Of a stretch of DNA of 64,000 nt, positions 58,556 to 64,000 are shown in pieces (the stretch's first letter is position 1; each line of letters opens with the position of its first letter). The DNA comes from Lophium mytilinum (lineage: Eukaryota): NCBI GenBank assembly GCA_010093605.1, contig MU004186.1:513765-577764 (forward strand), in the 5' to 3' direction. The translations under genes and the position numbers were made by a program. Below the pieces are notes generated by a model. It had not been told where the DNA came from. It saw only the letters and a program-made list of their open reading frames with translations, and made no database searches.

Positions 58556-60718
58556 ATGACGAAGAACTGGGCAGCCGTGAGGGGCTACATTGAGGATTAC
58601 TCGTTCAAGCAGAAGATGCCATTAGAGCAAGTCATGGCACTGATGCAACGAAAGCATTCGTTCAGAGCATCGTGAGTATCACGTGATAATACTACATCCG
58701 CACACAGGATATGCTGACGTCCGGTGCCAGGAAGAGGGCATATCGATTGAAAATCAAAGAATGGGGTCTAATGAGGCATAAGCAACATAGGCCTCGACAA
58801 GTGAATCTGCCAGCTCGGAGGAGGGATACATCTCACCGATCTATGTCGGACAGCACGTACGTTTGCGATTACCGCTCAAGATCTGCCTCGTCTTTCATTC
58901 TTGACTACTATAGGTGGCTCTCTAACAGTATACAGATTGGTCGGCGATTCCTCCAGCGGCAACGAGAAGCACGTTGACTCGATTACTTTTACCGCCTTTC
59001 GGCCTGACGAAGAACGTCTCAAATACATCATTCTGAACGCTATATGCGATGGCAATGAGTTCGAGGTTGAGTCCCATTTCCGAACAGTTGAAGGCAGAGC
59101 CTGTCTGAATCGCCCACTCGGCAATGATCTGGAGTCTAGAGATGCCCACTCTCTTAGCGCTTGGGATTTGACGCCGAAGCCACTAAGCATCTTACCGGAC
59201 GGATGTGTGCTTCTTCAGCATGACTGCCAAACCTTTCTCGATGTCGCATCTGCCCTCCCAAATCCAGCTGTTGTACAGAAGCTGTTGCAAGCAGGAGCCA
59301 GATCTTCCGTTCACAGTCAAGGCACCCAGGTATCTATGTCTAATGCTATCAGAAATGGACACGTGGAGAATGTCAGAGCATTACTGGAAAGCGGTGCCTG
59401 TGTAGCCTCTGGACTGCACCAGTGCACGTGGGTGCCTCTCCGACAAGCAGCGTTCTGGCTCTTCCCTTCTATTATCCAGCTGCTCCTGGATCACGGTGCA
59501 CACGCAAATCCTTTCCTAGACGTAGGCCCATCCAAAACGCCCATCCAACTAGCCGTTGATCGGCGTGCCTCAGAGTACCACAACGAGGACATCCGTATTG
59601 AGGCTGAGAGGACCATCAAGATGCTCCTTGATGCCGGAGCTGACGTGCTGACGGACAAGCGACATGACCTAGATGGATGGACGCCCTTCGAATCCTTCCT
59701 TGAGCCCTGGAAGTCAGATGCAACATGGAGCAGCCATCTCAGCCCTGTCGAAACCTCGATCCTCCAATCGTTCATCGCCAATGGTGCTGCCCTTCAGACC
59801 CGCTTCATTCCCACGTCTTGCACCAGCCCCTCCAGCGAAACATTTTCTCATCAGCTCCTCTACCACGCACCGTCCCACTTCACCCGCCTGGTAATCGATC
59901 ACGCCAACGTCCGCCCAGGCGGAAACGGATGCCACATTCTCCATGAACTAGTGGGTTCATGCCCGGACGCAAAGCGCCACCCTGCGGAGACATTGCGGGA
60001 CATCGAAGTGTTGCTCAAGCGCGGAGCGGACCCGAACGGCCTCGATGGAAACGGCCGCACTGCTCTGACAGCCTGCCTAGGCCTATGCCCATCCATTGAC
60101 GTTTTCGATCGTATCCAGCTCCTCCTCCGAGGCGGCGCAGACCCTGAAGAGCGAGATGCTAAAGGTTTCGACCCAGTGCTGATGGCCATCAAGGGCTTCC
60201 AAGACCCTCTACGCTTTCGCCTGACGGAAACGCTGCTCTATAGCTACCCCACAACCACAGGACCCTCACGCGGAGAGCACAGCTGGCTCGAGTCTCACTT
60301 CAACTTTAGCGAAGAGCAAGCCATCAACTTCCACGCTCTGATGCAGAAGTACGGACTTGTTCGAGGGTTTCCTGTGGTGAACATGCCGCTGCACCTTTCT
60401 CCACCGACGCGAGACTCTATAAACAGAGCGACATTCAGCGTAGCAACGACACGAATTCTGGATGCGGCGGTGCGACAGCAAAATAGAGGCGGTGTTTTGC
60501 GTAGCGACGATATCTTGAGAGTGATTCGGATGCGCGAAGATGCGGGACTGCCGAGATATGAGTTCGATCAAGCATTTGTCCTGGAGTTACTATCGGCCAC
60601 GATACCTTCACCGTTGGCGCCTCCGGTCGGGATATACACGCAAGCACTCGATGCCATTCCGATAGGAGTTACGGCTGCAGGACACTCTTGGGATTTTGGG
60701 CAGATGGCAATTCAATGA
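58556..60718 (+). CDS. Clr5-domain and ankyrin-repeat protein (exons 58556-58672, 58731-58856, 58936-60718)
   Basis: The spliced N-terminus MTKNWAAVRGYIEDYS...PLEQVMALMQRKHSFRASKRAYRLKIKEWGL fits a Clr5 domain. Ankyrin units include GHVENVRALLESGA, IIQLLLDHGA and LLKRGADPNGLDGNGRTAL. Confidence 0.82.
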
Positions 60719-61013
60719 AACAACCCCTCGACGATCTGACGACTGTGCTTGGCTTTTCAAAACCCAACGAGACCAGGAATCCGCCGACGAGAGCTACTCG
60801 CTCGGTGGCTTGATTCAGATGCCGTTTACGGGGAAGTACTTGGGGCACCGAGTTCAGCCACATTCCCTTGAGATCTAGCGATTTCTGGATGAACACAACT
60901 GTCGTCACTTAGGTTCTTGACACTGGTGTTTGCAACAGATTAGAGGGACGCAAAGCCTAGTCGAGCTCCATGATCACAGAGTAGCAGTCCATGATTACCA
61001 TGTTCAAGGGACC

Positions 61014-61750
61014 CTACCAGTTGTTGGAAGGCTGACCGGCGGGTCTGGCCCTCACAGCAGCCAACCCCTTACGAGCTCTGTCGTTCTTGTGCTGTGCGTT
61101 GCGGGGCATGCTACTGCTCTTGCCAGAGTTTCTCGGTCCTGTAGGAGGTGGCGCTCTACCTGTCTTCATGATGCCCTGGCCACGCTTTGGGCTGATGAGG
61201 TGATCTTTAGGACGCTTGGAGCCTCTGGGGGTAGTTTGTTGCTCTCTCATCGCGCGAGGGGCGTTGGGGGCTTCTGGTACGCCCTGGCCTGCTCTAGCGC
61301 GAGGACCAGTGGGGGCTGCTACGGGAGGCATCGCGCCCACCATGGCCGCAGGGTGTTATAGACAAGCTGTCGTCACGTGCTGTACGCGTATACTGCTAGC
61401 GATCGTGCGGCAGCGTTGTTATAGGCTCTTAAATACTTAGTGTAAACCGTGTGTATTGGTAGAAGTAAGTATTTAGAGGATAGGCCTCTGCACGTTATAA
61501 CTATCTAGCTGTCCCTACTTCCTGCCTTTATTGTCTGTAAGTCCGTGCATGCCTGACACAGGGCCTGTAGGTACAGTGGGTGCTGAGGTAGTGGATGCGG
61601 ACGCAGCGGGGGCTCCTGGGGGGGGGCCGTCGTTCCTGCTATAGAATCAGATCTCTGTAGATAGTCATGGTGTAAGATGATTGTGTACCCTGAGCGGTCT
61701 GCTGAGCACTTGTAGCCGGCTGGTTCAGTCCACCAAAGGAGGAAGAGATT
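61014..61750 (-). pseudogene. Decayed probable paralog of the 62491-63653 gene, disrupted by a solo LTR
   Basis: ISSSFGGLNQPATSAQQTAQG resembles MSSPLGGTDQAPAATPQG. After removing the LTR, the frame PGAPAASASTTSAPTVPTGPAAMVG...APTGPRA...APNAPRAMR is continuous and resembles APTEPKAMR...APHNAPKGP. Confidence 0.45.
61354..61558. mobile_element. Solo LTR, 205 bp, TGT...ACA ends, 5-bp TSD CAGGG
   Basis: CAGGG|TGTTATAGAC ... GCCTGACA|CAGGG (TSDs at 61349-61353 and 61559-61563). The TpA-rich interior contrasts with GC-rich flanks. Confidence 0.8.
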
Positions 61751-62034
61751 GTACTCTTTCGGCGTCTGTTGTGATAATGAACACAAAAAAGAGAGAACAA
61801 GAGCGAAATGAAACGGTTGATGGACATGAAGTAGTGGAGAGGATGTGGCTGACTGACGCTGTTGTTGACGAGAAGAGGCCAACTTCTTCGCAGATGAAGT
61901 TCAACTCAAAACAAAAACAAGGCTCCGATTGTGCGCCCGAGCGTACCCGTAGACGCACGTGGGGGTGTGGGAACCAGTGAATGCTTAGAGTAAAATATGT
62001 AGCCCTAATTCCACGGAGGGGAAAGTGGAGAGTA

Positions 62035-62262
62035 CAGTGACCGGCCGTGAATCTGGATACACTAGTTTGCCACTGCTTGGGGTACCCCCAAAGCCTTTCG
62101 AAAACCCAAGGGCGACGTTGGGTTTCAAGCAGTGTATATTAGACTGCCTCTTGACTATCTGACTACTCAGCAGCCAGGCCACCCCCTACAATGGTGTCGA
62201 GTAAGCAAGATTGAAGTCAAGCAGTGACGAATCTGTGTGCCTAGACTTACGTATAGTACTCG
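62035..62262 (-). mobile_element. Tc1/mariner-type MITE, copy 3 (inverted, more diverged)
   Basis: TA|CAGTGACCGGCCGTGAATCTGGATACAC ... TGCCACTGCTTGGGGTACCCCC ... TTAGACTGCCTC ... GTGTGCCTAGACTT matches the reverse complement of copies 1 and 2. Confidence 0.75.
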
Positions 62263-62490
62263 TACAATACAATAATTGTCGTATAAACGTAACTTTTCGG
62301 GCAGGAAAGACGACAATAAACACAACAGAAGGATTGACAGGTTTTAAAGTAGTGTCAAGAAGTTTTTCGCTCTGGCTGGTTATATGAGACCGCCATAATC
62401 TGAGCACTAGTAGTGGAAGGAAAACAGGAAGACAAGCAGTAAACTCTGCCTTATGACCTAACCCTTCTTCGGAAGTTGGTGTCAGCTACT

Positions 62491-63653
62491 TCAGCCCAAG
62501 TTCATCTTGTCGAATGTATTCTCAGCTTCTCGCAGCTGCTTAGCGTCCTCTTCATCGTCCGCCGTTGCTCGAGGTACCATTTCTCCGTCTTCCCGGCCTG
62601 GCTTGTATTTGACGCCTTCGTCTCCGTATGGCAGCCCTTCACCCTCCATCTCACCTCCACTCTGCCTGCCCCCACCAGCCGCGAACTGTCCAGTACTCAT
62701 ACCCCTCATGACTTCGAACGCCCGGCTGCCTCCGCTGTACTTTCCCTTAGGTGACTGCTTGAACGCACCCTTGCCCTTTGGCGACTGCTTCGAGACACCC
62801 TTTCCCTTCGGTGACTGCTTCGGGACACCCTTTCCCTTCGGAGACTGCATGGAGCTTGGGCCTTTTGGGGCGTTATGGGGAGCACCCGAGCCTCTCATGG
62901 CCTTAGGCTCTGTAGGAGCTGCATGCACGGGATCGTTGGAGGCAGAAGCTGTCGCACGTGTAGTGGGCTGACCACGGAAGATCGGGTGTAGGTCGGGTCG
63001 GATTGGCAGCACCACTGGGCTGTGATCGGCGTCTTCTTTGTACCAGAGAATGCGGATGGCTGCGGCGTCCGTCTTGTCCAGGCACGGGATGATAGTCCCG
63101 TCAAACGCCACGTAGGCGATGAAGCATTGGCGCAAGGGGGCGAGGGCAAGGTCTTCGCCGGAAGGGCCGGTCTCGTGTTCCTCGAGAAGCAGCTCTGGCC
63201 AGCTCTTTGCTTTCTGCTTGTTTGCTTTCTTGTCGGTGTTGGACGCTCGGTGGCATAGACGGCATCCAAACTCTGGGGCGAGTCCCTCGGCGTCAAGTAA
63301 GTCTCCATTCTAATAATTTTAATTTAGTGTAAGTTGAGAGGAAGGTAAGGGCAGTGACTTACCTCAATGGCCATGCAGTTGGTGGCGCACTTCTCCGGAT
63401 GGTGAACATAGACCCAGTGGCCGCAGCTGAGTCTATGTAACTTTGAAGCTGGCTGCTGGCAAAGTCGATTCTCAGAGGCCTGGAGCCCTGTGCGGCTAAG
63501 GAGGAGCATTTCCTCCCATTCTCCGCCCGCTTTCTTGTCGGCCATCAAGCGCTGTATATCGGCGTAGCTGAGACGCGACTGAATACCAAGGACGGTCTGG
63601 CCCTGCGGTGTAGCGGCCGGCGCCTGGTCTGTACCTCCAAGGGGGGAAGACAT
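62491..63653 (-). CDS. Cys/His-rich putative zinc-binding protein with SPKGK repeats (intron ~63311-63362)
   Basis: The spliced ORF contains HRLSCGH...CATNC...FGCRLC...RQC, followed by four 30-bp repeats encoding QSPKGK (62741-62850). Confidence 0.7.
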
Positions 63654-64000
63654 GTTCGGCTTCTTAAGGATGTTTGATCTCGAACACCAAGGTAGAGGAA
63701 GAAGGATGTGACTGATTGAGACTGGTGTTGAGGAGAAAATGTGGGCTCTGCGGGAGCAACGTTAGAGTTATCAAAAGACTGCCAATTTCCGTGTGTTCGC
63801 CGAGGGTACCCGTGGGCTCACATAGAGCCGTATTAAATAGTGAATGCCCACAGCAAGACACACGGCATAAAAGTACTACACAAAATCTCCTGCATAGACT
63901 TAAAGAGGCTGAGTTATATATGAAGAAGGTTTAAGAAGTATAAAGTGTTTGAAGGATTCTGCGCCGGTTGGCTCCAATGACAAAACCAGGCTTTGAGGAG

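Overview
Gene-dense, intron-containing DNA from a filamentous ascomycete (Pezizomycotina; a Dothideomycete is plausible but not provable here). Positions 1-50.4 kb are mostly conserved housekeeping genes: VPS17, MEF2/RRF2, MGS1, BNA3, xanthine dehydrogenase, a KH-domain protein, pectate lyase, MRP49, GET2, ISY1 and ApsA/Num1. Accessory genes are interspersed: a HET-domain gene, a KamA-like lysine 2,3-aminomutase, an APH-like kinase and a GMC oxidoreductase pseudogene. Positions 51.8-63.7 kb look lineage-specific, with a tandem trio of coiled-coil genes (two carry a CCCH zinc finger and an E[E/A]GEI motif), a Clr5-ankyrin gene, and a Cys/His-rich gene next to a decayed probable paralog. Five types of small non-autonomous mobile element are readable directly from terminal repeats and target-site duplications (TSDs). 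These are a 140-bp hAT-type MITE, a 255-bp CAC...GTG element splitting a gene, three copies of a Tc1/mariner-type MITE, an 828-bp RIP-mutated element with 101-bp TIRs, and a 205-bp solo LTR. Intron coordinates were read by eye from GT-AG and branch-point signals, and gene identities come from motif recognition rather than database searches.
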